A DNA stretch of 64,000 nucleotides from assembly GCA_963778655.1 (NCBI GenBank), contig CAVZVA010000003.1, positions 800,001 through 864,000 of the forward strand. The letters are read 5' to 3'. Under the pieces are notes generated by a model. That model was not told the origin of the DNA and searched no databases. It saw only the letters and a program-made list of their open reading frames with translations. This document shows, piece by piece, positions 28,741-38,922 of the stretch. The position numbers were made by a program, and so were the translations under genes. Position 1 is the stretch's first letter, and the number at the start of each line of letters is the position of its first letter. The stretch comes from an uncultured delta proteobacterium. Lineage in GTDB: Bacteria; Myxococcota_A; Polyangia; Polyangiales; JAFGIB01.

Positions 28741-30077
28741 CACGACCTCCCGAACAGGAAGGGATAGAGCACGTCGACCTCGCCGCCGTCGGGCTCGGGA
28801 AACTTCCAGCGCTTGATCTGGCGCAGAATGCAGCCCTCGACGCCCGAGTCACCCAGCGACGACTTGGCCAGGCGCGCGCTCGAAACCAGCCCCTTGCGGT
28901 CGATGCGCCAGGCCACCTCGACCGCGCCCTGCAGCTTGGAGTTACGTTGCAGCCCGGTCTCGAAGCAGTACTTGATTGCGGCGCGGTTGGCCTGCACCAC
29001 GCGGTTGATCTGCTCGCGCGACAGGAAGCCGCTGACGTGCGCGTTGTTTCCCCCGAGCGAGAGCTGCGCCTCGTGCGCGCCGTGACCGTCGCCGAGGCCC
29101 TTGCCGCCCTTGCCCAGGCCCTTGCCGCCGGCGACCGCAGTGCCAAGCTCCCCAGCGCCGAAGGTGACCGCCTTGCCGTGCCCTCCCCCGCCGGAGCCCG
29201 CGCCGCGAGTCGAGAGCCCGCCGTTGCCGCGTCCGATTGCGGTCTGCGCGGAGCCCAGCCCGCCGAGCAGCGCGTCGAGAGAGGTCGTCTGCAGCGCGCT
29301 GTTGACCGCGTTGCTGTGGCCCCCGCTCAGCACACCGAGCAAGCCGAGCCCGCGCACCTGCTGTGCGATCTCGTCCGCGGGCGCGCCGGCGATCTCGGTC
29401 TTGCTGCGCGTGGAGTCGCGCTTGCCGATGCGGCCCTGCTCCTTGCGCGCGCGCTTGGCTGCGGCGTCGTCGCGCGCGCGCAAGGCACGTTGCTCGCGCT
29501 CGCGCGCGCTACGGCGGGCCGCCTCGCGCGCCTCCTGCGGCGGCGGCACGACCAGGAATTTACGCAGCAGCGCGCTGTCGAGCTCCAGGTCGGAGACGGG
29601 CGCGAGCTCCTGTGCGGCGACCAGGAAGAAGAACAGCATCGCCGCCACGTGCATGAACAGCGACAGGCCCAGGCACGCGAGCAGCGCCCCGTCGCGAAAC
29701 GACTTGCGCGGCGTCTCGCCCTCGATCGGCCGCACCTGCTGGAAGAACACCGACGCGCTGCCGAAGCTGACCAGACCGTAGTCGCCCTGGCCGAGCGCGA
29801 GCGGCTCGCGCAGGTCGCGCGCGCGGCTCGGCCGGCCCCCGCGCCAGACGTAGCCGTCCATGCCGGGGGCGGGCTGCACGCTGTAGCCGCCGCCGATGGG
29901 CGCGAGCAGCGTGACATTGTCCTCGTCGCTGGCGCCCTCCGGCAGCGGAAACAGCGCGCCGCGTCCCGAGCCGAGCACCACCTTGGCGGGGATCGACAGC
30001 AGGCGCTCGTCCTGCACCGCGCCGTTCCACAGCAGCGCCACGCGCAAGGGCCGGCTGGTCTCGACAGGCGCGGCCAT
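28740..30077 (-). CDS. GltG/NfsG-like TonB/TolA-type energy transducer (AgmX/PglI C-terminal domain)
   Basis: FHA-like N-terminus; TM with SxxxH (SLFMH); Gly-rich linker; LSREQINRVV...CFE...WKFPEP...VLYPFLF. Confidence 0.85.
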   Translation of the reverse strand: MAAPVETSRPLRVALLWNGAVQDERLLSIPAKVVLGSGRGALFPLPEGASDEDNVTLLAPIGGGYSVQPAPGMDGYVWRGGRPSRARDLREPLALGQGDYGLVSFGSASVFFQQVRPIEGETPRKSFRDGALLACLGLSLFMHVAAMLFFFLVAAQELAPVSDLELDSALLRKFLVVPPPQEAREAARRSAREREQRALRARDDAAAKRARKEQGRIGKRDSTRSKTEIAGAPADEIAQQVRGLGLLGVLSGGHSNAVNSALQTTSLDALLGGLGSAQTAIGRGNGGLSTRGAGSGGGGHGKAVTFGAGELGTAVAGGKGLGKGGKGLGDGHGAHEAQLSLGGNNAHVSGFLSREQINRVVQANRAAIKYCFETGLQRNSKLQGAVEVAWRIDRKGLVSSARLAKSSLGDSGVEGCILRQIKRWKFPEPDGGEVDVLYPFLFGRS

Positions 30078-30604
30078 CAGAACGTGCTCTCCTTGGTGGA
30101 GCGCTCGAGCTCGGGCATGAACGAGCGGTGCGGCAGCCGCGGGCGGCCAAACTCGGCGCGCATACGGTTGAGGAAATACAGCATCTGTGGCGTCTTGAGC
30201 TGACCCTCGATGTCGAGGCCGCTGAACTCCATCACCTTGACCTGGGTATCGCCCTCGGTGCGGATCTCGCTCGATCCGGGCGTGTTCTGGGGCGGCGCTT
30301 GATCGTGGACCGCGGGGGTGGCCCCTGCGTGATCGCCCTTGACCTCCGCGGGCGCGCCGGCCTTGTGCTCGTCCGCGCCGGCCTCGTGCTTGGGTGCGGC
30401 TGCGGCGGCCTTCGGCGCCGTATGCTCGCGCGCGGCGTGCGCGCGCGGCGGATGGGTGCCCTCGGCCTTGTGTGCCTGCTTGGCAGCGCCGCGCTTGTGC
30501 GCGCGCGCTTGGCTGGAGCGTTGCCGGTGGCCCGAGTGCGCCTGCTGTGCCAGCGCCGGCGCGCAGCACAGGCAGACCAGCGCCAGCACCAGGATGCGGA
30601 TCAC
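30077..30604 (-). CDS. GltF/CglF-like secreted protein
   Basis: Signal peptide, low-complexity middle, C-terminal FSGLDIEGQLKTPQMLYFLNR...RSFMPEL; lies between the GltE-like and GltG-like genes. Confidence 0.75.
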   Translation of the reverse strand: MIRILVLALVCLCCAPALAQQAHSGHRQRSSQARAHKRGAAKQAHKAEGTHPPRAHAAREHTAPKAAAAAPKHEAGADEHKAGAPAEVKGDHAGATPAVHDQAPPQNTPGSSEIRTEGDTQVKVMEFSGLDIEGQLKTPQMLYFLNRMRAEFGRPRLPHRSFMPELERSTKESTF

Positions 30605-31848
30605 GGCGCGCCTCCGGATCCAGCCGCGGGCTTGGCGGAGCCCGCGCGCGGCGACTTCGTGCGTGCCCTGCGTCCGGCCTTGGCCTGGCCTTTGCCCTTG
30701 CTCTTGCCCTTGGCGGCGGGCGCGGAGGCGGCGGCCGGCGGCGACGCGGGCGCCTCCGGGATCTCCTGCACGTAGCGCTCGGCCGCGCTGCGCGCCGGAC
30801 CTTCGCCCGCGACCGCGAGGAAGCGCACGAACAGCTCGCGTGCCTCGGGCCGACGATCGAGGAACTCCGCGCGCAACACGCCGAGGTCGAACAGCGCAGC
30901 GGGGTGATTGGGCGCGTCGGAGAGCACGCGCTCGTACTCGCGCTGGGCTTGCTCGTGCTTGCCCTGGCCGCGCAGCGCGATCGCCAGCCCGACCCGCGCG
31001 TCGGCGTGGTCCGGCTGCTCCGCCAGCACCTGGCGATACTCGGCCTCGGCGGCCTTGTAGTCGCCAGCGCGCAGCAGCACCGCGGCGCGGTTGAGCCGTG
31101 CGGGCGCGAAGCTCTTGTCGGCCTTGAGCGCGTCCTCGAAGTGTTCGAACGCGAGTTGTGTGTCTCCCCGTGACAACGCGGTCAATCCCAGCTCATTGTG
31201 CGGACGCGGACTCTTCTCGTCCAGGTGCAAGGCTCGGTTGAACACGATCTCCGCGACCTCGATCTCGCCGCGCTCGCGGTAGATGCGGCCCACCTCCAGC
31301 AATGCCCCGATGCTCTTGGGGTCGCGCACGAGAACCGCGCGTGCTTGCTCGAGCGCGCCTTCGTATTCGCCGCGCTCTCGCAGCAGCGCGGTGAGCGCAA
31401 CGCGCACATCGAGCGCGCCGGGGTGCTGCGTGAGGTATTCGGAGAGCAGGTCGGATGCCTTGTCCTTGTCGCCGAGCGCCGCGTGGGCCTCGGCCAATGC
31501 GAGCAGCGGCTCGCCCGCGGCGGGCTGCGCCTGGTGGGCGGCCTCCAGCTCGACCAGCGCCTCGCGTGGCTCGCCGCGCCGCAAGTACAGCACGCCGAGG
31601 TTGTAATGGGCCTCCCACAGGTACGGATCGATCGCGAGCGCGTCGCGCAGCAAAGACTCAGCGCGATCGCGCGCGAACGTCTTGTCGCCGGCGAGCAGCG
31701 CGCTGGCCTTCAGGTACTCGCGCGCCGCGCGCGGGTCGGCTGGGGGCAGCGCCTTGACCTTGGGCTGGGTGCTGGTGGTGGCCCCACCGCAGGCGCACGC
31801 CAGCACGCACAGCGCGGCGCCCAGAGCTGAAAGCGCGCGGCGCCTCAT
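30601..31848 (-). CDS. TPR lipoprotein (GltE/NfsE-like)
   Basis: MRRRALSALGAALCVLACAC lipobox; serial TPRs; synteny. Confidence 0.75.
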   Translation of the reverse strand: MRRRALSALGAALCVLACACGGATTSTQPKVKALPPADPRAAREYLKASALLAGDKTFARDRAESLLRDALAIDPYLWEAHYNLGVLYLRRGEPREALVELEAAHQAQPAAGEPLLALAEAHAALGDKDKASDLLSEYLTQHPGALDVRVALTALLRERGEYEGALEQARAVLVRDPKSIGALLEVGRIYRERGEIEVAEIVFNRALHLDEKSPRPHNELGLTALSRGDTQLAFEHFEDALKADKSFAPARLNRAAVLLRAGDYKAAEAEYRQVLAEQPDHADARVGLAIALRGQGKHEQAQREYERVLSDAPNHPAALFDLGVLRAEFLDRRPEARELFVRFLAVAGEGPARSAAERYVQEIPEAPASPPAAASAPAAKGKSKGKGQAKAGRRARTKSPRAGSAKPAAGSGGAP

Positions 31849-34800
31849 CGGCGAGCCCCCCTGCGCGCCGGCTTGGTCTCGGCTGGGCGCGCGCGGAGCT
31901 TGGCGCCGGCCGCCGGCTGAGCCGGCGTCGCGGGCGCAGCGCTGCTGGGCGCGACGCGCTGCAACGTGGTAAACGGCTGGGGCTCGGGCAGCGTGCTGTC
32001 GGAGGCGACCTCGGTGCCGATCTCGCGCAACGGGGGATACTGCACCTCGTTCAGCCGCGTCAGCCCCTCGCGCAACATCTGTGTCCAGTGGTTGAACACA
32101 CGCAGCTCGAGCGCCTTGTGGTAGCCGCCCTCGTACGCCTCGAGCGCGCGCTCCTCGATCGGCACGATGAAGGCCGCCAGCTGATCGCGGTAGGCCTGCT
32201 GCTGCTCGTCGTTCAAGCCCTCGGGCATGGGCGCACCGCGCAACGCTTCCGCGAACAGCTCGTAGCTGCGTCCGATCTTGTAGAGCGCGGCGGTCACCCA
32301 TTCGGCCACGCGGAACTCGACCACCTCGCCGTAGATGCCGGCCGCCTTGCGCAACAGGTCGGACTTCTCTTGCAGGCGCTTGGGCAGCGAGCCGCGATCG
32401 CCGCCGATGTTGATCCGCTCGAACTCTGCCAGCACCAGATCGCCCTGCATGAAGCGCGCCTGCGCCGCGAAGTAGCGCCCGCGGCCGAGCTGCGACGCGT
32501 AGCGGTGCGCGGCCGCGGCAGCCTCCTTGAGCGCGCGCTCGGCCCCGCGTTGATCGTCCTTCTTGAGCAGCACCTGGGCCAGACGGGTGCTGGCCTCGAC
32601 CCGGCGATCGGGGCTCTTGCCGCGCTGCGCATAGTCCCGATAGACCTGCGCGGCGGCGTCCCAGCGCTCCGCCGCCTCGCGGGCGCGGCCCACCATGAAC
32701 AGCACCTCGTCGGTCGCCTCGTGGTGCGGGAACAGCTCGACGAAGCGCTTGCCATCGCGCGCAGTCTCGTCGTGGTCGCCGGCCGCGAGCCGCAGCACGA
32801 CCGCGTTGTACAGTGCATCCGCGCGCTTCTCACCCTTGGGGAAGCGCTCGGCATAGGCCTCGTAGAAGCGCGCCGCGTCGCGGAACTGCGCGATCGACTC
32901 GAACATCTGCGCCGCCGTCCAGGCCCCCAGCGCACCCTCGGACGAGCCCGGATACTGGTCGATCAGCACGCCATACGCATCGGCGGCTGCGTCGATCTTG
33001 CCCGCGAGCTGCCACTGCTCGCCGGCGTTGAAGTATGCCTTGGGAGCGCGCTCGTCCCTGGGGAACTCGCGCGCGGCCTTGAGGTAGGCCTCGGCCGCCT
33101 CGGCGTACCGCTTGCGGGCCGCGAGCATTTCGCCGGATTTGAACACCGACTGCAGGATCAACGCGTCCAGCTTGCGCTGCGCCTCCGGATTCTGGAACGC
33201 GGGCGCGCCCTTGAGCTTGCGTGCCCAGGTCTCGATGTTCTGGTAATCGTGCGCGCGGTTGAAGCTCTCGAGCACCAGCTCGCCGGCCGCGGCGGCGTAC
33301 TCGCTGTTGGGATAGCTGTCTAGCAGCTGCCCGAACTGGCGTACGGCCGGATCGTAGACGCCGCGCTCGAAGTACATGCGCCCCTGGCGGAACAGGATGC
33401 CCGGGACCTCGGGGTCGCTGGGATAGAGCTTGATGTAGAGCGCGATCGCTTCCGAGAAGTTGCGATCGGTCTCGGTCTCGCCGCACTCGGGCGGCAGCTG
33501 CTCCTGACCACTCTGCGGCTTGCACTTGTCGAGCTCGGCCACGCGCACGGTCTCGAACGAGACGATCGCGTTGTAGAGCGCGTCGTGCGTCAGCTCGCCG
33601 GTCGGCTTCAGACGCGCCGCTCGCAGGTAGGCCAGGCCGGCGTCATCGTAGCGCTTCAAGTGATGGAAGTAGATCTCGCCCAGATAGAAGCTGACCTCGT
33701 AGTTGAACACGGAGTCGGGGAACTGCTGCAGGTGCACCTGGTACAGCGCCGCGGCGTGCTCCAGGTCCTTCTGCTGCTTCTCCTTCTGGCCGCGCTGGTG
33801 ATAGCGCATGGCCTGCATGCGCACCGAGCGCTCCGCCAGCACCGCCGCGTGCTCCGCGGTCTCGGGATCGGGTTGGCGCTGCGCCCACGCGCTGCCGGGC
33901 TTGTAACTCTGCGCCAGCTGCGTCAGCGCCTGGATCGTGCCGTCGGCGTCGTCGACTGCGGCATACGCGGCCGCGATCTGGCTCTGGTATTCCGGGGCCT
34001 GCGGCGAATCGGGCTCGCTCTCCAGCAGCATGGCGTAGGCCTGCTGGGCGCGCTCGTAGCGCGCCTGGTCGAAAAACGCGCGGCTCAGCCGTCGCAGGAC
34101 CTTGGTCGCGTAGCGCTCGCCGCCGATCTGACTCAAGAAGCCGTGCAGATCGGCCGCGGTGTTGCTCTCGTCCTCGGTGAACACCTGGATCAGGTACTCG
34201 AGCGCCTCGTCCTGCAGCTCGAGCAGCCTGCGCCTGCGCTCCCCGGTGACGTTGCGCAGGCGCCCGCTGAGGTCGAGCACCTCGCGAAAACGCGTGGCGG
34301 CAGCGGTGGTGCGCCCGAGCTTCCACAGACACCACGCGCTCTTGAACAGCGCCAGGTCCGACAGCTCGCTCTCCTTGTGCTTGAGCACCTCCTCGTACTC
34401 CGCGAGCGCCGCCGCGTAGTCGAAGGAACCGGCAAAGTGCCACTCGGCGAACGCCATGTGCGCATCGGGCAGAAAGCGGCTCTGTGGAAACTCGTCGATG
34501 ATGCGGCGGTAGGCGAACAGCGCCTCGCGCGTGCGGCCGGCCTCGACCAGCGCGTAGGCCTTGACGTACAGCACCAGATCGTAGCGATCGAAGTCGCGGT
34601 GCTTCTCCAGGATGCGATCGTAGAGCGAAAGCGGCAGCTCGATGTCGGGCGCAGGCGGGGTCTTGCTGCGGTTCGGCGGCGGCGTGTGCTGCCAGGCATC
34701 GTAGGCCGCCAGGTAGCGCACGCGCGCCTGCTCCCAGCGCAGCTCCGCCAGGCGCAGCAGCGCGTCCGCCATGTACGGCGACTGCTCGCTCTCACCGGCG

Positions 34801-35141
34801 ATGAAGCGCTCGAGCTGCGCGATCGCCTGCTCGCGCCGCACCACCACCAGCTTCTCGCGCTCCTGCAGCATACGCTCGAGCAGCGCGGCCTCGCGCCGCT
34901 TGCGCGCGTCGGCGTGCCCCGGCGGCCGATCGCTCATGAAGATGCGGCCCTCGAGGTCCTCGGGCGCCGGCAGCGAAAGCGGCCGGCTCGTGCTCTGCGG
35001 CTCCGCCGCGACGCTGCGCTCGCGCACCGAGCGCTGGCCGGGCGCGGCGCTCGGTGCGGCGCCCGCACCGGCTGCGGGCGGCGCTTCGGCACGCGCGGTC
35101 GCGCACAGCCCGAGCAAGAGCGCGCAGGCGATGAATCTCAC
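31845..35141 (-). CDS. Large periplasmic TPR protein (GltD/AgmU/NfsD-like)
   Basis: Signal peptide, 1098 aa of TPRs, C-terminal EWVTAALYKIG...PMPEGLNDEQQQAYRDQL...PIEERALEAY. Confidence 0.82.
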   Translation of the reverse strand: MRFIACALLLGLCATARAEAPPAAGAGAAPSAAPGQRSVRERSVAAEPQSTSRPLSLPAPEDLEGRIFMSDRPPGHADARKRREAALLERMLQEREKLVVVRREQAIAQLERFIAGESEQSPYMADALLRLAELRWEQARVRYLAAYDAWQHTPPPNRSKTPPAPDIELPLSLYDRILEKHRDFDRYDLVLYVKAYALVEAGRTREALFAYRRIIDEFPQSRFLPDAHMAFAEWHFAGSFDYAAALAEYEEVLKHKESELSDLALFKSAWCLWKLGRTTAAATRFREVLDLSGRLRNVTGERRRRLLELQDEALEYLIQVFTEDESNTAADLHGFLSQIGGERYATKVLRRLSRAFFDQARYERAQQAYAMLLESEPDSPQAPEYQSQIAAAYAAVDDADGTIQALTQLAQSYKPGSAWAQRQPDPETAEHAAVLAERSVRMQAMRYHQRGQKEKQQKDLEHAAALYQVHLQQFPDSVFNYEVSFYLGEIYFHHLKRYDDAGLAYLRAARLKPTGELTHDALYNAIVSFETVRVAELDKCKPQSGQEQLPPECGETETDRNFSEAIALYIKLYPSDPEVPGILFRQGRMYFERGVYDPAVRQFGQLLDSYPNSEYAAAAGELVLESFNRAHDYQNIETWARKLKGAPAFQNPEAQRKLDALILQSVFKSGEMLAARKRYAEAAEAYLKAAREFPRDERAPKAYFNAGEQWQLAGKIDAAADAYGVLIDQYPGSSEGALGAWTAAQMFESIAQFRDAARFYEAYAERFPKGEKRADALYNAVVLRLAAGDHDETARDGKRFVELFPHHEATDEVLFMVGRAREAAERWDAAAQVYRDYAQRGKSPDRRVEASTRLAQVLLKKDDQRGAERALKEAAAAAHRYASQLGRGRYFAAQARFMQGDLVLAEFERINIGGDRGSLPKRLQEKSDLLRKAAGIYGEVVEFRVAEWVTAALYKIGRSYELFAEALRGAPMPEGLNDEQQQAYRDQLAAFIVPIEERALEAYEGGYHKALELRVFNHWTQMLREGLTRLNEVQYPPLREIGTEVASDSTLPEPQPFTTLQRVAPSSAAPATPAQPAAGAKLRARPAETKPARRGARR

Positions 35142-37213
35142 CGCGCCGCTCCCGGCGCCGCCGCCGCGCCGCCCCCGGCGCGCAGCGAGCCGCGTGCGGA
35201 GGACGGCGAGCGGTCCACGGCCGCGCCGGCGGGCTTGGGCTTGGCCTGCTTGCCGTAGCGCTCCCGGTATTCGTCGGGCCAGTCCTCGCCCTCGAACGGC
35301 CAGTACTCCTCATCGTCGTTGAGCAGCCCCTGCACGGCCAAGGGATCGTGCAGCTCCGCCGGAAAGCGCCCGGCGGCCAGGCTCTCGATCTGCTGCTCGA
35401 TGCGGCGCTTGCTGCCCATCACCGCATCGATACGGCCGATGCGCGCGCGCCGCACCATGCCGTCGAGCCGCACGCGCAGCTCCCGCAGCGCCTGCTCGGC
35501 GCGCCGGCTGGCGGCAAGCGCGAGCCGCGCGCGCACCTCGGCGCTGCGCCGCGGCAGCGCGCGCGCGAACGCGGCGTCGCTGGCGAGCAGCACGGCCAGG
35601 CCGGGCCCGGACGCCGCCGTGTCCTGGGCGGCCGGGCCGCGCGGCAGCAGGCTGCGCGCGCGCTCCTGCAGCGCCTGCACCCGCTGCGCCAGAACCGCCA
35701 GCTCTTGCTCGCGCGCCTTGACCTGGCCCGCAGGCGCGCCGGCCGCGCGCAGCGCGTCGAGCTGCTCGCCCAGCCCCCGCACGCTGGCCACCGCCAGTCC
35801 CAGATCGCGCTCGAGCCCGTCGCGCTCCGCGTCCCGTGGCTCCGGCGCCGCCGTGTGCGGACGATCGCCGCCCTGCAGCCGCACCAGCAGCGCCGAGAAC
35901 GCGTCGGCCAGGCGCCCGTCGCGCGCAGCCTCGGCATCGAGATCGCGCAGGTCCGCCTGCAAGCGATAAAACTCCGGATCGACCCGCAGCAGCGCGAGCA
36001 GGGTGCGGCGCGCGGCATCGCGCGGCCGCTTGCCCGCCTTGGCCGCCACCAGCTCGGCGTAAAGGTCGTCGCGACGCACCGGGTTCTGCAGCAGCCGGCC
36101 GATCTCCGCGACCAGCGGCTCGAAATGGCGCCCGAACGCGCTGAAGTGGCGGTCGGCCTGCTCGAAGTCGCAGCGCGCCAGCGAGACGTAGCCGCGCAGA
36201 ATCCCGGCCTCGTCCACGAACGGCGAGTCGGGAAAGCGATGCTCGAGCTGGTCGAGCAGATCGAGCGCGGTGTCGTTGTCCTTGGCCTCGTAGCTCGAGT
36301 ACGCCGCCTCGAACAGCGCCTGCGCTAGCCGCGGCGAATCCTGCGGCACCTGGAAGTAGTAGTAGAACGCGTCGTCGCCGCGCCCCTGCTCGTGCGCGGT
36401 ACGCCCGAGCGCCAGTCGCGCCAGATCCTGCACCGCGAAGAAGCGATCGTCGACGTAGAAGCTGTAGTGATCCTCCACGCCCTGCGTGGCCACCGCGCAG
36501 AAGCGCTGCTCGGCACGGTGATAGCGCTTGGCACGCGCGGCGATCACGCCGAGGAAATACTGCGCGTTGGCGTAGAAGCGGCTGCGCTTGTCGATCCGCT
36601 CGAAGAAGGTCGCCGCCTCGGCCGTCTTGCCCGCGTCGTAGCGGCCGCGCGCGCGCAGGTAGTCGAGCTCGCCGCGCGCGTCAGGCGTCATCGCCGCCTC
36701 GCGCTTGGCAAGCCATTGCTCAGCGGCCTGCAGGTCGCCCAGGCGCAGCGCCACGTCGACGTAGGCCCGCACCGACGGGCCGTAGTAGGCGCTCCTGGGG
36801 CCGCGATCGACTGCACGCTCCAGGTACACGCGCGCGGTCTCGAGCGCGCCCAACCGCAGCAGCGCCGAGCCGGCCATGTGCTCGGCGGCGGCGTACTCCT
36901 CGAAGTCATGGAACGCGGCGAAGCGCGGGCTCTCCACCGCCTCGAGCAGCAGGATCGCCGCCTGATCGTAATTGCCGTCGACGTATAGGCGCTCGGCCTG
37001 CGCGAGCAGCGCGCGTAGCTGAGCCACGGTGGAGGTCTGCGCCGGTGCGAGCCGCGCTTGTCCGAGCGCCTGCAGGTAATGCGCAAGGGTGGGCCGCGCC
37101 TGGCCCGGCTGCGCGCCCGGCGCCGGCTGCGGCGCGCCCGCGTCCGCGCGGACCTGCGCCTGCAGACACAGCGCGCTCAGGGCACACGCGATCGCTAGCG
37201 AGGCCCGCCCCAT
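35138..37213 (-). CDS. Periplasmic TPR protein (GltC/NfsC-like)
   Basis: Signal peptide, TPRs, LARLALGR, C-terminal DDEEYWPFEGEDWPDE resembling the GltC-family tail. Confidence 0.78.
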   Translation of the reverse strand: MGRASLAIACALSALCLQAQVRADAGAPQPAPGAQPGQARPTLAHYLQALGQARLAPAQTSTVAQLRALLAQAERLYVDGNYDQAAILLLEAVESPRFAAFHDFEEYAAAEHMAGSALLRLGALETARVYLERAVDRGPRSAYYGPSVRAYVDVALRLGDLQAAEQWLAKREAAMTPDARGELDYLRARGRYDAGKTAEAATFFERIDKRSRFYANAQYFLGVIAARAKRYHRAEQRFCAVATQGVEDHYSFYVDDRFFAVQDLARLALGRTAHEQGRGDDAFYYYFQVPQDSPRLAQALFEAAYSSYEAKDNDTALDLLDQLEHRFPDSPFVDEAGILRGYVSLARCDFEQADRHFSAFGRHFEPLVAEIGRLLQNPVRRDDLYAELVAAKAGKRPRDAARRTLLALLRVDPEFYRLQADLRDLDAEAARDGRLADAFSALLVRLQGGDRPHTAAPEPRDAERDGLERDLGLAVASVRGLGEQLDALRAAGAPAGQVKAREQELAVLAQRVQALQERARSLLPRGPAAQDTAASGPGLAVLLASDAAFARALPRRSAEVRARLALAASRRAEQALRELRVRLDGMVRRARIGRIDAVMGSKRRIEQQIESLAAGRFPAELHDPLAVQGLLNDDEEYWPFEGEDWPDEYRERYGKQAKPKPAGAAVDRSPSSARGSLRAGGGAAAAPGAAR

Positions 37214-37214
37214 C

Positions 37215-38024
37215 TCACTCCTCGTTCAGGTCGACCGCCCGCACCTGCAGCCGGCTGCGCACGTCGTACTCGCCCTCGTGGTCGCTGGGAAAGTCGTCGG
37301 CCATGTCCGAGTCATCGTCGAGCACCAGCCGCAAGTCGGTGCGCTTCTCGCGTACCACGACGAAGCGGTAGCTCTCGTGCAGGGTGTAGCGATAGGTGTC
37401 GTCGCCGCGTGCGCGTTGCTCTACCTCCAGCGTGAGCAGGTGCGGCCCGGGCGCGGCGAAGCCGTCGAACAAGGCGCGGTCGGGGTCGCGCAGCGTGGTG
37501 CCGTCGCCGCTCCAGATCGGGGCGCCGTCGAGCCACAGCTCGATGCGCGCGGCCACCTGCTCGGGCGCTGCGCGGTCGTCGATCTTCACGCGCACGCGCG
37601 TCTTGAACAGCGCCTTGCCCAGCACCGCGACGCGTGCCCGTGCCTGCACCAGGTCGTCCATCACGTGGGCCAAGTCCTGCCGCATGCTCGCGACCTCGGT
37701 GTCGTCGCCGGCGGGCGCGGCCGGCTGCGGCGCGGGCGCGCTGGATGCGGGCGCCTGCACGGGTGCGGGCGGGGGCGCAGGCGCGGACGCCTCCACGGCG
37801 GGCGGCGGCTCAGCGGGCTGCGCCGCCGCGTCCTGGGCCGGGACCCCCGCGGGAGTCGCGGCGGGCTCGGCGCCCGCGCCCGCGGCGGGCTCGGCAGCCG
37901 GCGCCGTCTTGTGCGCAGCCTTCGCGCGATGGCGCGCTTGCGCGCGCGCGTCGGCCCCGAGCGCAGCCATCACCAGCAGGCTGCAACCCAGCGAGCCCAA
38001 CCATAGCGAGACACGCCCTGTCAT
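37215..38024 (-). CDS. Secreted Pro/Ala-rich, coiled-coil plus beta-sandwich hypothetical protein
   Basis: Signal peptide ending ADARAQA; coiled coil DTEVASMRQDLAHVMDDLVQARARVAVL; beta-rich C-terminus. Confidence 0.7.
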   Translation of the reverse strand: MTGRVSLWLGSLGCSLLVMAALGADARAQARHRAKAAHKTAPAAEPAAGAGAEPAATPAGVPAQDAAAQPAEPPPAVEASAPAPPPAPVQAPASSAPAPQPAAPAGDDTEVASMRQDLAHVMDDLVQARARVAVLGKALFKTRVRVKIDDRAAPEQVAARIELWLDGAPIWSGDGTTLRDPDRALFDGFAAPGPHLLTLEVEQRARGDDTYRYTLHESYRFVVVREKRTDLRLVLDDDSDMADDFPSDHEGEYDVRSRLQVRAVDLNEE

Positions 38025-38034
38025 CGTCGACCTC

Positions 38035-38730
38035 TCATGCTTGCAACGGCAGGAAGACGGAGAAGCCCAGCGTGGCGGCCAGGTTGTTGACGATTCTCGA
38101 TACGCCCAGCAGCTCCTGGCTCAACACCTGATCGCGCATGTCGAGGCGCAGCGCGAACCACGAGCCAAAGAAGAACTTGAGCCCGAAGCCGCCGCTGATC
38201 GTCAGCCCCTTGGCGGTCTGGTTGTCGGTCACCCCACCGCCGAGCGCCGCGTAGAAATCGAAGCGCGAAATACTGCCCGAGAACCAGCGCAGCTTGCCGT
38301 AAGCCAGCGACCACAGCAGGTGGCCTTGGTAGATGTAGACGGGGCGGTTCAGACGCAGCGCGGTGAAGCTGGTGTCCTGCTCGACGATCTTGACCAGATC
38401 GGATTGGGCCCGCGTGTACGCGAAGCTCGCCTCGAGCCCCAGATCCTCGGTGACGTGGAAGGTGTAGGCGCCCTGCAGCAGGTACGAGGACGACAGCAGA
38501 TCGGCGGCATACAGCCCGCCCATCGCGGACAGCTCGTGACGGCCAGCCTTGAGGAACAGGCGCTTCTGCACGCCGCGGTAGCGGCGGCGTGCGTTGAGCT
38601 CATCGCGGATCGCCTCGTCGATGCACTGCGCCTTGGCCGTGTGCACGGCCTGCAACAGCGGCGCCAGCAGGACGAGCAACAAACAGAAGCGAAGGCCGCG
38701 GGTGCGGCGAACACAGTCGTTGTTGTGCAT
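38035..38730 (-). CDS. Outer-membrane beta-barrel protein (GltA/GltB/NfsA-like)
   Basis: VQKRLFLKAGRHELS...YTFHVTEDLGLE...WSLAYGKL...FDFYAALGGG...GFSVFLP; start uncertain. Confidence 0.82.
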   Translation of the reverse strand: MHNNDCVRRTRGLRFCLLLVLLAPLLQAVHTAKAQCIDEAIRDELNARRRYRGVQKRLFLKAGRHELSAMGGLYAADLLSSSYLLQGAYTFHVTEDLGLEASFAYTRAQSDLVKIVEQDTSFTALRLNRPVYIYQGHLLWSLAYGKLRWFSGSISRFDFYAALGGGVTDNQTAKGLTISGGFGLKFFFGSWFALRLDMRDQVLSQELLGVSRIVNNLAATLGFSVFLPLQA

Positions 38731-38922
38731 GGGATTGCTGCCCATCGGACACGATCGTAACCGTTCACGAGGCGCAAAGGCTTCATGAATGGGACCAAGG
38801 CTGAGCGAAGCGAACCTCACGGTGAGGTGGGCAGAGAGCGTGCGCTCCCCGGTCAGCGGTGCATGCGATCTGGCAATGGGTGGGAATCGGGTCGAGTTCA
38901 GCCAACGACGCGCTCCGCGTCA

